Notes: generated by a model not told the origin, from the sequence alone. Counted from the stretch's first letter, positions 1-9,248 are shown. The stretch is 64,000 bases of DNA from an uncultured Chloroflexia bacterium (GCA_963807065.1 CAWDZQ010000001.1:138303-202302), one strand, 5' to 3'. Numbers and translations: made by a program.

Positions 1-159
1 GGGGGTGACCCACGCAAAGGGCAGAAAGTCACTTGCCCTAGCTGCGGCGCCTATCTGGAAGTCGTCGGCTTGTCCCCGATTGAGCTCGATTGGGCCCTCG
101 ATGACGAGGAAGATTACGAGCCGGATTATGAAGGGGATGAAGAAGACGACGAGTATTGA
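1..159 (+). CDS. LysW-like zinc-ribbon amino-group carrier protein, C-terminal fragment (5' end lies outside the window)
   Basis: Frame 1 is open from the window edge to TGA 157-159. The translation is GGDPRKGQKVTCPSCGAYLEVVGLSPIELDWALDDEEDYEPDYEGDEEDDEY. It shows a CxxC knuckle, a (E/Y)LEVVGLxPxxL core and an acidic tail, as in LysW/ArgW carriers. The ORF track lists only a different frame (5..202). Confidence 0.6.
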   Translation, partial: GGDPRKGQKVTCPSCGAYLEVVGLSPIELDWALDDEEDYEPDYEGDEEDDEY

Positions 160-270
160 TGTCGCTCGACCCGGCCCCAGGTCCAGCGCCTTGCTCCATT
201 GATGGATAAGGTCGGAATTTCCCGTACCCTCCGGCGAACCTTGCGGCGGTGGATGCGAAGCAATCAGGTT

Positions 271-302
271 GGGGCGTACCCAATGGTGCGCCCCACGCTT
301 TT
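271..302 (+). terminator. weak hairpin plus short T run downstream of the LysW-like gene
   Basis: GGGGCG-12 nt loop-CGCCCC (271..294) is followed by ACGCTTTT. The stem is short and the loop long. Confidence 0.3.
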
Positions 303-306
303 AATC

Positions 307-316
307 GGGGGGGGGG
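307..316. repeat. G10 homopolymer tract in an intergenic region
   Basis: Read directly: ttaatc-GGGGGGGGGG-cgat, about 65 nt upstream of the ATG at 381. Confidence 0.9.
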
Positions 317-380
317 CGATCTCGCAATAAACAAGGTGGGCGAGACGCAAGGCTGATACAATCAGCCTGAGAGGGACGAC

Positions 381-2360
381 ATGAACAGCAGCGACGACAA
401 GGAAAAGACTGGTCAGAAGCCAAGCACCAAGCCGCTTCCCAAGACTTTGGGGCCGGTCCTCAATCTTGAAGAACACGTCCGCGCCGACTGGTGGCGCAGG
501 ATCTTCAATGCGCTCTACCTCAAAACCGATGCGGATGTGATCGACGATCAATTGATCACGCGCAATGAGATTGATCTTTTCACGAGCACCCTTAATCTCT
601 CTCCGGATGCCGACATCCTGGACCTGTGCTGTGGGCAAGGACGGCACACGCTCGAGCTGGCCAGGCGAGGCTTGGTCAATGTGCAGGGATTGGATCGGTC
701 ACATTATTTGATCCAACGCGCTCGCGCCACCGCCAAGAAAGAATCCCTCAGCGTCAAGTTTCGAGAGGGCGACGCACGCAGGCTACCCCATGCCACCGAC
801 CGGTTCGATGTGGTGCTGATCCTGGGCAACTCATTTGGCTACTTCGAGACCATCGAAGACGATCTTCGGGTGCTGCGTGAAGTCTTCCGTGTCCTCAAAC
901 CTTCCGGTCAGCTCTTGATCGATGTGTCCGATGGGGAATACCTCAAAGCCAACTACGAAGCCCGCACCTGGGAGTGGCTCGACAAGAAGCATTATGTCTG
1001 CCGAGAGAGGTCCTTATCGGCCGACGGCGAGCGTATGATTTCCCGGGAAATTATCACCCACGCTGAGAAGGGCGTGCTTGCCGATCAGTTCTATGCTGAA
1101 CGGCTTTACACGCGCGATGGCTTGATGTCCCTTATCCAGCAGGCCGGTTTCAGCCAGATCAAGGTTCACGGGGAAATCAACACCAACTCCCAGCGCAACC
1201 AAGACCTGGGGATGATGGCCCAGCGACTGGTGGTCACGGCCCTGGTGCGAAAAGACTGGGCGCCCAAGAAAGCCAAATCCGATGCTGACACGAAGCACGT
1301 GGCCGTGGTCATGGGCGATCCCAACCGACCGGACACGGTCAAGCCGGATTCCGTTTTCGACGACGATGACTTCTACACCATCGACCAGCTCAAGTCGGCG
1401 CTCCAATCTTCGGACAAGTACCAATACACCTACCTGGACAACCACGATACGTTGATCCAGGACCTCAAGGGTCTGAGCGGAAAGGCGGACCTGATCCTCA
1501 ACCTGTGCGACGAGGGCTACGTCAACGATCCACGCCAGGAACTGCATGTGCCGGCCATTTTGGAAATGTTTCAGCTCCCCTACACGGGCGCCGGACCGCA
1601 GTGCCTCGCCTACTGCTACGACAAGTCGCTGATCCGCGGGGCGGCCAAAGAAATGGGCATCCCGGTGCCGGAGGCGTACTTCATCCGCCCCGAGGACACC
1701 AGCATCGAGCTGCCGATCGGCTTCCCGGTCATCATCAAGCCCAACTTGGGCGATTCGAGCTTTGGGATCACCCAGCGTTCTGTGGCCCACTCCGCCGAGG
1801 ATCTCTTCAACGCGATCGCTTCGATTCGCGAACGCTTTGGCTACGACAAACCCATGCTGGTCGAGGAGTTCCTCACCGGTGCCGACCTCACGGTGGGGGT
1901 TATAGGGAATCCCCCGGATGACTACCTGGTGCTTCCCATTGTCGAAGAAGACTACTCCAGTCTTCCGCCTGAACTGCCGCGCCTGTGCGGGTACGAAGCC
2001 AAATGGAATCCAAAATCCCCCTACTGGAATTTACGCTCGGTCCCTGTCGATCTCCCTCCGGACACCCAGCAAACGATCATTGAAGCCTGCCTTCGGCTCT
2101 TCGAACGCCTTGAATGCCGGGACTATGCACGCTTCGACTGGCGGCTCGATTCCCGCGGCAAGCCGAAGCTGTTGGAAGCCAATCCCAACCCGGGCTGGTG
2201 CTGGGATGGACACCTTGCCAAGATGGCCGGCTTGGCGGGCCTGAGCTATGCCGATATGCTCACCGCCATCCTGGCCGCGGCCGAACGCCGGTTGGGACTC
2301 ACGTCACGGACCGGCTCAAGGCTGGAGAACCGCATCGTTGTGAAGCAGCCGACGGGGTAG
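381..2360 (+). CDS. fusion protein: class I SAM-dependent methyltransferase (N-terminal) plus D-Ala-D-Ala-ligase-like ATP-grasp domain (C-terminal)
   Basis: 659-aa ORF with a GAGAGGGA SD-like element just upstream. MTase motif I is DILDLCCGQGRHTLELARRG. The C-terminal half shows an ATP-grasp pattern (PVIIKPNLGDSSFGI ... MLVEEFLTG ... ARFDWRLDSRGKPKLLEANPNPG). Confidence 0.85.
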   Translation: MNSSDDKEKTGQKPSTKPLPKTLGPVLNLEEHVRADWWRRIFNALYLKTDADVIDDQLITRNEIDLFTSTLNLSPDADILDLCCGQGRHTLELARRGLVNVQGLDRSHYLIQRARATAKKESLSVKFREGDARRLPHATDRFDVVLILGNSFGYFETIEDDLRVLREVFRVLKPSGQLLIDVSDGEYLKANYEARTWEWLDKKHYVCRERSLSADGERMISREIITHAEKGVLADQFYAERLYTRDGLMSLIQQAGFSQIKVHGEINTNSQRNQDLGMMAQRLVVTALVRKDWAPKKAKSDADTKHVAVVMGDPNRPDTVKPDSVFDDDDFYTIDQLKSALQSSDKYQYTYLDNHDTLIQDLKGLSGKADLILNLCDEGYVNDPRQELHVPAILEMFQLPYTGAGPQCLAYCYDKSLIRGAAKEMGIPVPEAYFIRPEDTSIELPIGFPVIIKPNLGDSSFGITQRSVAHSAEDLFNAIASIRERFGYDKPMLVEEFLTGADLTVGVIGNPPDDYLVLPIVEEDYSSLPPELPRLCGYEAKWNPKSPYWNLRSVPVDLPPDTQQTIIEACLRLFERLECRDYARFDWRLDSRGKPKLLEANPNPGWCWDGHLAKMAGLAGLSYADMLTAILAAAERRLGLTSRTGSRLENRIVVKQPTG

Positions 2361-2412
2361 ACCCGACCGCCTGACCTTGACGACCTTGACCAGCTAACCG
2401 AACAATACGTAA

Positions 2413-2449
2413 AGAAGGGGCTGCCGATGAGGCAGCCCCTTCTCTTTAT
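2413..2449. terminator. bidirectional rho-independent terminator between convergent genes
   Basis: AGAAGGGGCTGCC-gatga-GGCAGCCCCTTCT gives a 13-bp perfect stem. T-rich flanks are present on both strands. Confidence 0.6.
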
Positions 2450-2483
2450 GCGCGCCTTCGCTTCAGGTATGGCAGAAAGTAAC

Positions 2484-5216
2484 CTATACGCCTAATGCGG
2501 CGTGGGCCGCCGCCAACCTGGCCACCGGCACCCGGAAGGGTGAGCAGCTGACGTAGTTCAGGCCATAGCCATGGCACAAGGCGATCGAAGCCGGATCGCC
2601 ACCGTGCTCGCCGCAGATCCCAACTTCCAGTTCGGGCCGAGACTGGCGGCCTTCCTGAGTGGCCATGGCCATAAGCCGGCCCACTCCTTGGGGATCGATC
2701 GACTGGAAGGGGTTGACCGGCAGGATGCCTTCCTCCACATAGGTGAGCAGGAAGTTGCGCTCGGCATCATCTCGGCTGTAGCCAAAAGTCATCTGAGTCA
2801 GGTCGTTGGTCCCAAATGAGAAGAACTCGGCCAGACCGGCGATTTCTGCCGCCGTCAAAGCCGCGCGGGGGATCTCGATCATGGTTCCGAACTTATAGGG
2901 GAACTCAACCCCCTTCTCGCCCATCACCGCGTGGGCGATCCTGGTCAAGCGCGGCTGAACGCTCTTGAGTTCGTTGACGTGCCCGGTCAGCGGGATCATC
3001 ACTTCGGGTCTGGCGTCCACCCCGCGCTTGGTGACGTTGGCGGCAGCTTCGAAGATGGCCCGCACTTGCATCTCTACGATTTCGGGCATCAGGATGCCAA
3101 GTCGGATGCCGCGCAAGCCCATCATCGGGTTCGACTCATGCAGAGCCCGAACACTGTTTAGCAAGGCTTCCTTCTCTTCGAGCCCCTTGGTTTCCCCCTT
3201 GGCGCGCATGGTGGCGACCTCTTCGATGAGCTCCTCCAGACTCGGCAGAAACTCATGCAGGGGCGGGTCGATCAATCGGACGATCACCGGGTGGCCGTCC
3301 ATGGCCTCAAACAACCCCTCGAAGTCTTGGCGCTGATAGGGCAGAAGCTCGTTCAGCGCTTCCACTCGAACATCGCGATCATCGGCCAGGATCATCCGCT
3401 GGACAATCGGCAACCGCTCTTGCTCAAAGAACATGTGCTCGGTTCGGCAAAGGCCAATGCCCTGAGCGCCGTATTTCCGGGCACGGCGAGCGTCCGCAGG
3501 GTAGTCGGCATTGGCCCAGACCTGCAGGCCGCGTGTGGGGAAGCCCTTCGGGCCTTTACGGAGCCCCTCGGCGGCGGCTACGTCATCCGCCCACCCCAGG
3601 AGTTCCAGAAGCTCGGTTTGTTCCTCGAACTCGGGCATGACCGTGTCGATCTTTCCTGGGTAGACCTCCCCGGTGGTTCCATCGACCGAAATCCACTCGC
3701 CCTCCCGGATGGTCAAACCATTGCCGGAAAGGGTGAGATTGGTCATGTCCAGATTCAGATCGGACGCGCCCACGATGCACGGGATGCCGAATTGTCGGGC
3801 GACCACCGCCGCGTGGCTGGTGGCGCCGCCCTCGGTCGTCACAATACCCTTGGCTGCCAGCATGCCATGCACGTCGTCCGGCTTGGTGAAGGGCCGGACC
3901 ATGATCACGTCCTGCTTTTGATTCTTGGCCATCTCCTCGGCCGTGTCGGCATCAAAATACACCTGGCCAACGGCGGCGCCAGGGGAGGCATTCACACCTC
4001 GGCCCAGGATGCCCTTGCTGCGGGCCTCGACGAGGCCCGCCGGCTTGAACTGCGGGTGAAGAAGCACGTCGACATCCCTGGGTGAGACGCGGCGCACAGC
4101 TTCCGGCTTGTCGATCACCCCTTCGCGGACCATGTCCACGGCTATCGTCACAGCAGCTTTGGCAGTCCGCTTGCCGTTGCGCGTCTGAAGCATCCAAAGC
4201 TTGCCGTGCTCAATGGTGAATTCGACGTCCTGCATCTCACGGTAGTGGTCCTCCAGCTTCTCAACGATCCCCTCGAACTGCCGGTAGACGTCCGGCATCT
4301 CCGATTTGAGTTCTGAGATCTTCTTGGTGTTTCTGATCCCGGCGACGACGTCCTCGCCTTGCGCGTTGGTCAAGTAGTCGCCGTAGAGGATCTGTTCACC
4401 GGTGGCCGGATCACGCGTGAAGGCCACGCCCGTCGCTGAATCATCACCCATGTTGCCAAAGACCATGGTGACGATGCTGACAGCCGTCCCGAGGTCGTCG
4501 GGGATTCCGGCCGCCTCTCGGTAATCCACGGCGCGTTTCCCATTCCACGATTTGAAGACGGCTTCGGTGGCACGCCTCATCTGCTCCACCGGATCCTGGG
4601 GGAAGTCAAAACCCAGCTGATCCTTGATCACGCGTTTGAAGGTTTCGGTGAGCGCCTTCCAATCATCCGCCTTCAGCTCGGTGTCGACCTTGTAACCGTG
4701 CACCGATTTGTATTCATCCATAGGCTCTTCGAAGGCCTCGTCCGGCAGTCCGAGCACCACCGATCCAAACATCTGGACCAGCCGCCGGTAGGCGTCATAG
4801 ACGAAACGTGGGTCGCCGGTGAGCTTGATCATGCCTTCGGCCGTGTCATCATTCAAGCCGATGTTGAGGACGGTGTCCATCATCCCGGGCATGGAAAACT
4901 TGGCGCCCGAGCGGCAGGAGACAAGCAGTGGATTGCTTGCGTCGCCAAAGCCCTTTCCGGCCCGCTCCTCAACGACCTTCAAGGCTTCCATCGTCTGGTC
5001 CCACATGCCCTCGGGAAAGGTTTCACCCTGTTCGAGATAGGCGTTGCAGGCCCGAGTGGAGATGGTAAACCCCGGAGGAACTGGGACGCCGATCCGGGTC
5101 ATCTCGGCCAGGTTGGCACCTTTGCCACCCAGCAAGCCACGCACACCCTCCCAGGATCCGGCAGCCTTCTCCGCCTTGTCGACGTCTTGGAACAGATAGA
5201 CCCACTTTTCCGCCAT
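2484..5216 (-). CDS. ppdK: pyruvate, phosphate dikinase
   Basis: Motifs GGKGANLAEM, TTEGGATSHAAVVARQFGIPCIVG (catalytic His loop) and CGEHGGDP. The start is set at MAEKWVYLF (ATG 5216) with GGAGG 6 nt upstream. The ORF-track start at 5294 is probably too far upstream. Confidence 0.95.
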   Translation of the reverse strand: MAEKWVYLFQDVDKAEKAAGSWEGVRGLLGGKGANLAEMTRIGVPVPPGFTISTRACNAYLEQGETFPEGMWDQTMEALKVVEERAGKGFGDASNPLLVSCRSGAKFSMPGMMDTVLNIGLNDDTAEGMIKLTGDPRFVYDAYRRLVQMFGSVVLGLPDEAFEEPMDEYKSVHGYKVDTELKADDWKALTETFKRVIKDQLGFDFPQDPVEQMRRATEAVFKSWNGKRAVDYREAAGIPDDLGTAVSIVTMVFGNMGDDSATGVAFTRDPATGEQILYGDYLTNAQGEDVVAGIRNTKKISELKSEMPDVYRQFEGIVEKLEDHYREMQDVEFTIEHGKLWMLQTRNGKRTAKAAVTIAVDMVREGVIDKPEAVRRVSPRDVDVLLHPQFKPAGLVEARSKGILGRGVNASPGAAVGQVYFDADTAEEMAKNQKQDVIMVRPFTKPDDVHGMLAAKGIVTTEGGATSHAAVVARQFGIPCIVGASDLNLDMTNLTLSGNGLTIREGEWISVDGTTGEVYPGKIDTVMPEFEEQTELLELLGWADDVAAAEGLRKGPKGFPTRGLQVWANADYPADARRARKYGAQGIGLCRTEHMFFEQERLPIVQRMILADDRDVRVEALNELLPYQRQDFEGLFEAMDGHPVIVRLIDPPLHEFLPSLEELIEEVATMRAKGETKGLEEKEALLNSVRALHESNPMMGLRGIRLGILMPEIVEMQVRAIFEAAANVTKRGVDARPEVMIPLTGHVNELKSVQPRLTRIAHAVMGEKGVEFPYKFGTMIEIPRAALTAAEIAGLAEFFSFGTNDLTQMTFGYSRDDAERNFLLTYVEEGILPVNPFQSIDPQGVGRLMAMATQEGRQSRPELEVGICGEHGGDPASIALCHGYGLNYVSCSPFRVPVARLAAAHAALGV

Positions 5217-5299
5217 GCCATTGCCTCCGTGTTCTATGATGAGGGCGATTGAGTCCTCATGGGTTGACGCTGCTGTCATGAGCAAGCCATACAATCCCT

Positions 5300-5332
5300 A
5301 CAAATATAACAGGCGCCGCGACAGGTGCGGCG
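5300..5332 (-). terminator. possible terminator after the suf operon
   Basis: On the minus strand, CGCCGC-7 nt-GCGGCG is followed by cctgTTATATTTGT. The stem is short. Confidence 0.35.
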
Positions 5333-5402
5333 GCTTGTAAGACCAAGCGCGCTGGAAGGCGCCGCTGTCATCTGGACAACAGAACGCCAAATCCCCTAGG
5401 GA

Positions 5403-5762
5403 TCAATCCTGAGGGGGCAGACCGATCTGGATGTCGCTGCCTGAGATCCGAACGGGATACGCGGGGATGTCGATTACGGCCGGAAGGGTCAGGGCTTTTC
5501 CATCACGGATGTCGAAATGCGCTCCGTGGCGAGGGCAGACGATCTCGAACCCGGAGAGTTCGCCCTCCGCCACAGGACCGTCATCATGGGAACAGACGTC
5601 CATTATGGCGAAGTACTCGCCGGCGATGTTGAATACGGCGATGGGCTCACCGTCGATGTCGATCAGGATCCGCTCGCCGTTCGGGAGTTCGTCGACGTCA
5701 GCCACAGTCACGAACTCGAGCTGATCAGCTTCGGCTGTCTTGTAGTTATACATGGCGACCAC
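5403..5762 (-). CDS. Rieske [2Fe-2S] ferredoxin-like protein, last gene of the suf operon
   Basis: Rieske ligand boxes CSHDDGP ... CPRHGAHF. Same strand as sufU, 54 nt downstream. Confidence 0.85.
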   Translation of the reverse strand: MVAMYNYKTAEADQLEFVTVADVDELPNGERILIDIDGEPIAVFNIAGEYFAIMDVCSHDDGPVAEGELSGFEIVCPRHGAHFDIRDGKALTLPAVIDIPAYPVRISGSDIQIGLPPQD

Positions 5763-5816
5763 CTGAGTCCGCCGGGCCCCGCCGGCTGTATTGTGTAAGA
5801 TGACGATGGATTGGAA

Positions 5817-6209
5817 TCAGGCGAGATCCTCCTCAAGCTCGTCAACGCCGTAAACCCCAGCCTTGATGACCTTGAGCGAAAGGAGCGCGCACTTGAGACG
5901 TACAGGACCGAGCTCGATACCCAGCAGGTCCAGAACATCTTGCTTGTCAAGGGCTTTGATCTCATCCAACGATTTGCCGACGACGGCTTCGGTCAACAAA
6001 TCGGCCGAGGCCTGGGAAATGGCACACCCCTCACCGCTGAAGGCCGCCTCGGACACACGGCCGTCCTCGGCCAGCCGGAGGTCGACCCGGATGCGGTCTC
6101 CGCAAAGCGGGTTGTCATCCTGGTAACTGTAGTCGTGAGGATCAAGCTTCCCCCGCATACGTGGGTTCTTGTAGCGGTCGATGATCTGTTCCCGATAAAG
6201 ATCGTCCAT
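5817..6209 (-). CDS. sufU: SUF-type Fe-S cluster scaffold / sulfur acceptor SufU (NifU/IscU-like)
   Basis: MDDLYREQIIDRYKNPRMRGKL ... NPLCGD ... GEGCAISQASA ... LKCALL are typical SufU motifs. Located immediately downstream of sufS. Confidence 0.9.
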   Translation of the reverse strand: MDDLYREQIIDRYKNPRMRGKLDPHDYSYQDDNPLCGDRIRVDLRLAEDGRVSEAAFSGEGCAISQASADLLTEAVVGKSLDEIKALDKQDVLDLLGIELGPVRLKCALLSLKVIKAGVYGVDELEEDLA

Positions 6210-6220
6210 GAATCGGCTCC

Positions 6221-7471
6221 CTAGCCGAAAGTTTCCTTAACCTGGTAAAGCCCTTCAATCAGGGCGTCGACTTCACCCGGTGTGCTGTACAGATAGAACG
6301 AGGCGCGAGTCGTTGCCGGTATCTTATAACGCTCGTGGAGAGGCATGGCGCAGTGGTGGCCGGCACGGACGGCGATCCCGCGACCGTCCAGTATCTGCGC
6401 CACGTCATGCGGATGCAAACCATCAAATGTGAACGCCGCCACGCCGCCGCGCTGGGAGGGGTTTGGTCCCAGCATGCGGACACCCGGAACTTCTTCCAGG
6501 CGTTCCATGGCATAAGAGATCATGGCCTGATCGTGGGCGAAGACTCGGTCCAGCCCGATCTCGCTCAGAAAATCGACCGCTTCACCCAGGGCGACCGCTT
6601 CGGCGATGGCCGGCGTGCCAGCCTCGAATTTGTGGGGGACATCGTTGGGGACGAAGGTCCCCAGGCCAACGCGCTTGATCATCTCCCCTCCGCCCATGTA
6701 AGGCGGCATGGATTCGAGCAGATCCCTGCGAGCGTAAAGGGCACCGATGCCGGTAGGACCACACATCTTGTGGCCCGAGAAAGCCAGGAAATCGACGTCC
6801 AATGCTACGACATCGACCGGCATGTGGGGTACAGATTGGGCGGCATCGACGAGCACCAATGCGCCCGCATCATGCGCCCGGCGGGTCATCTCTTCAACCG
6901 GATTGATGGTCCCCAGTACGTTCGACATCTGACTGAAGGCGACCATCTTGGGCTGTTTCTCCAACAACCGCTGATAGGCCCCCTGGTCTAACTGCCCGTC
7001 ATCCGTGACGGGGACGAAGTCCAGGCTGAAACCGATTTCATCGGCCAGCATGTACCAGGGCACCAAGTTGGCGTGATGTTCCATTTCGGTAAGCAGGACG
7101 CGGTCGCCGGGCCGGAGATGAGCTCGGCCCCACGTGGCAACTACGAGGTTGATAGCTTCCGTGGCATTGCGTGTGAAGACGATCTCCGACGCTGAAGCAG
7201 CCCCGAGCAAGCGTGCCACTTTGCTCCGGGCGGCCTCATACTCTTGCGTGGCCTCTTCGGCCAACACATGAATCCCGCGATGGATATTGGCATTGTGGGT
7301 TTCCAGGAAGTGGCTCAGGCTGTCGATGACGCGTTGGGGCTTCTGCGAGGTGGCGGCCGAATCCAGATAGACCAGCGGCACCCCGGGGTGGACCTCCCGC
7401 TGCAAGATTGGAAACTGGGCCCGGATGGCGTCCAGATCCAGATCTTCGATCGTGCGCACCGCCGACATCAT
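6221..7471 (-). CDS. sufS: cysteine desulfurase, SufS subfamily
   Basis: YLDSAATSQKP, the PLP-Lys motif SGHKMCGPTGIG and the active-site loop RAGHHCA. Confidence 0.95.
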   Translation of the reverse strand: MMSAVRTIEDLDLDAIRAQFPILQREVHPGVPLVYLDSAATSQKPQRVIDSLSHFLETHNANIHRGIHVLAEEATQEYEAARSKVARLLGAASASEIVFTRNATEAINLVVATWGRAHLRPGDRVLLTEMEHHANLVPWYMLADEIGFSLDFVPVTDDGQLDQGAYQRLLEKQPKMVAFSQMSNVLGTINPVEEMTRRAHDAGALVLVDAAQSVPHMPVDVVALDVDFLAFSGHKMCGPTGIGALYARRDLLESMPPYMGGGEMIKRVGLGTFVPNDVPHKFEAGTPAIAEAVALGEAVDFLSEIGLDRVFAHDQAMISYAMERLEEVPGVRMLGPNPSQRGGVAAFTFDGLHPHDVAQILDGRGIAVRAGHHCAMPLHERYKIPATTRASFYLYSTPGEVDALIEGLYQVKETFG

Positions 7472-7485
7472 CCTGAAGCCGTCCC

Positions 7486-7770
7486 TCAGCCCTTTCGCGA
7501 CCGTCGCTTCTTAGGCTGGCGGATGTTGGTGCTGTTCTGCTGGAGCCAAAGCACACGGTCAGGAACCATCCAGCCGTCGGTCAGGTAGACATCCTGGGTG
7601 AATTGGACGGCGACCATCTTGCGATCCGCCTGCACCACTGTCCCCGGTAGCCAGTCGTTGACGCGATCGTTGTCTTCGTTGTTGTGATCGCACTTGACTT
7701 CGACGAGATCGCCAACTTCATAGAGCTGGGAATTGGTGTCCGGGTCTTGAATTGTGGTCACTTTGTTCAT
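7486..7770 (-). CDS. small hypothetical protein embedded between sufD and sufS (beta-rich, basic tail)
   Basis: 94 codons from ATG 7770 (MNKVTTIQ...). The ORF-track TTG start at 7827 would overlap sufD by 34 nt. No family was recognised. The pattern GDLVEVKC...WLPGTVV...VAVQF looks like an SH3/Tudor-type barrel (weak inference). Confidence 0.55.
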   Translation of the reverse strand: MNKVTTIQDPDTNSQLYEVGDLVEVKCDHNNEDNDRVNDWLPGTVVQADRKMVAVQFTQDVYLTDGWMVPDRVLWLQQNSTNIRQPKKRRSRKG

Positions 7771-7793
7771 GGAATCCGTCCGAACCTCCTCCG

Positions 7794-9176
7794 TCAGGGA
7801 GCCGTCGCGCTGCCGCGCGACCCCCAAGATCCCATCTTATCATCGATCATTTCGGTCAATCTGGCGCGCACGTCCGCAAAGGGAATGCGTTCCATGATCG
7901 GCGAGAAGAAGCCGTCCACAACCAGCCGTTCTGCCTCAGCGCGCGGCAGGCCGCGTGACATCAGATAGAACACGGGCTCATCTTCGAGCTGGCTGACCGT
8001 AGCGCCATGCGTGCAGCGGACATCATCCGCTAGAATTTCGAGTCCAGGGATGGAATCCGCCCGCGCTCGCTTGCTGAGGATCAGATTGCGGTTCGCCTGA
8101 TAGCCATCCGTCTTCTGGGCACCGGGCGCCACGTAAATCATCCCCTGCCACACCGAGCGGCTGCGATCGACCAGTGCCCCCTTGAACAGCAGATCGCTGG
8201 TCGTGTGCGGCGCCAGATGATTCTGCTGCGTGTCATGATCCAGATGCTGGATCCCGTCGGCGAAGTAGAAGCCGGACATACGGCCGGTCGAACCCTCACC
8301 GGCCAGGTCGAGCTCGGTAAAGTTCTTGGTCAAGTGGCTGCCGACAGCCCCAAAGATCCAATCCAGGTGCGCATCACGACCCACTCGGCCCCGCTCGTGG
8401 GTGAAGTTCCAGACGTGTTCGCCCCAATTCTGGAGCTCAACAAACGTCAAGCGTGCCGCGTCCCCCACGCTCAGTTCGACGATCCCGCTGTGGACGGCCT
8501 GGCCTTCGGCTTCGGTGGGCGAAGCCGTCTCGTAGACGAAGGTCAAACTGGCGCCCTCTTCGAGGACGACCAGCATCCGGGTGAAGAAAAGGTGCGCGCC
8601 TCCAGGCGCCCACATCACGGCATGGATCGGATCGGGGACATTAACCCCGGCGGGCACATAGACCAACAACCCGTCGGTGGCCAAAGCGGCGGCCAACGCG
8701 GAGAACTTGCCCTCGTCATCCAGGACGATGCTTCCCAGGTGTTCCCGCAGCAGCGCCTCGTGCTCTTTCACAGCGGTTTGCCAGTCGCACAAGACAACGC
8801 CCAGCTTTTCCAAATTCGAGCCGCCTTCGAGCTTGGCTGGATGGCCGGGCCGTAGAATCGCCTGGGCTGCGTGGTCGTCTCCAGCCAGGGGTCGCAGGAG
8901 AGCCGGGTCGATCGGGAGGTCATCACTCGCCTGAACCTCAACCTCCTGGGAAGGGAGCATCCGTATATCCGTCCGGCGCCAGGGTTCGTCCTGGAGCGAC
9001 GGCATGGCCATCTCTTGATACCGTGACCAGGCCTTGAGGCGCCGATCCGCCAACCAGCCGGGTGCCCCCAGGCTCTCAGATACCCGGCGGACGTCTGCCT
9101 CGTCCAGCTGAAACTCGCGGGCTTCGGCCGGCCTTTGACTGCCGGTTCGTTTCCTTGTAACGGTTCTGGGACTCAT
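7794..9176 (-). CDS. sufD: Fe-S cluster assembly protein SufD
   Basis: 460 aa, positioned after sufB. The C-terminal SufBD beta-helix pattern is present ([41 protein letters not shown]). Confidence 0.9.
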   Translation of the reverse strand: MSPRTVTRKRTGSQRPAEAREFQLDEADVRRVSESLGAPGWLADRRLKAWSRYQEMAMPSLQDEPWRRTDIRMLPSQEVEVQASDDLPIDPALLRPLAGDDHAAQAILRPGHPAKLEGGSNLEKLGVVLCDWQTAVKEHEALLREHLGSIVLDDEGKFSALAAALATDGLLVYVPAGVNVPDPIHAVMWAPGGAHLFFTRMLVVLEEGASLTFVYETASPTEAEGQAVHSGIVELSVGDAARLTFVELQNWGEHVWNFTHERGRVGRDAHLDWIFGAVGSHLTKNFTELDLAGEGSTGRMSGFYFADGIQHLDHDTQQNHLAPHTTSDLLFKGALVDRSRSVWQGMIYVAPGAQKTDGYQANRNLILSKRARADSIPGLEILADDVRCTHGATVSQLEDEPVFYLMSRGLPRAEAERLVVDGFFSPIMERIPFADVRARLTEMIDDKMGSWGSRGSATAP

Positions 9177-9248
9177 GAAGGTCGCATGCCTCTTAGATGT
9201 CGCTTGAAACTGGGACCAGCTGTCAGCCGGACCCCTGGGTTTACCGGG

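Noticed and set aside
5-202. 65-aa ORF-track ORF at the left edge
   Set aside because: Frame 1 (1..159) gives a LysW-like zinc-ribbon and acidic tail with clear family resemblance. The listed frame gives an unremarkable basic peptide.
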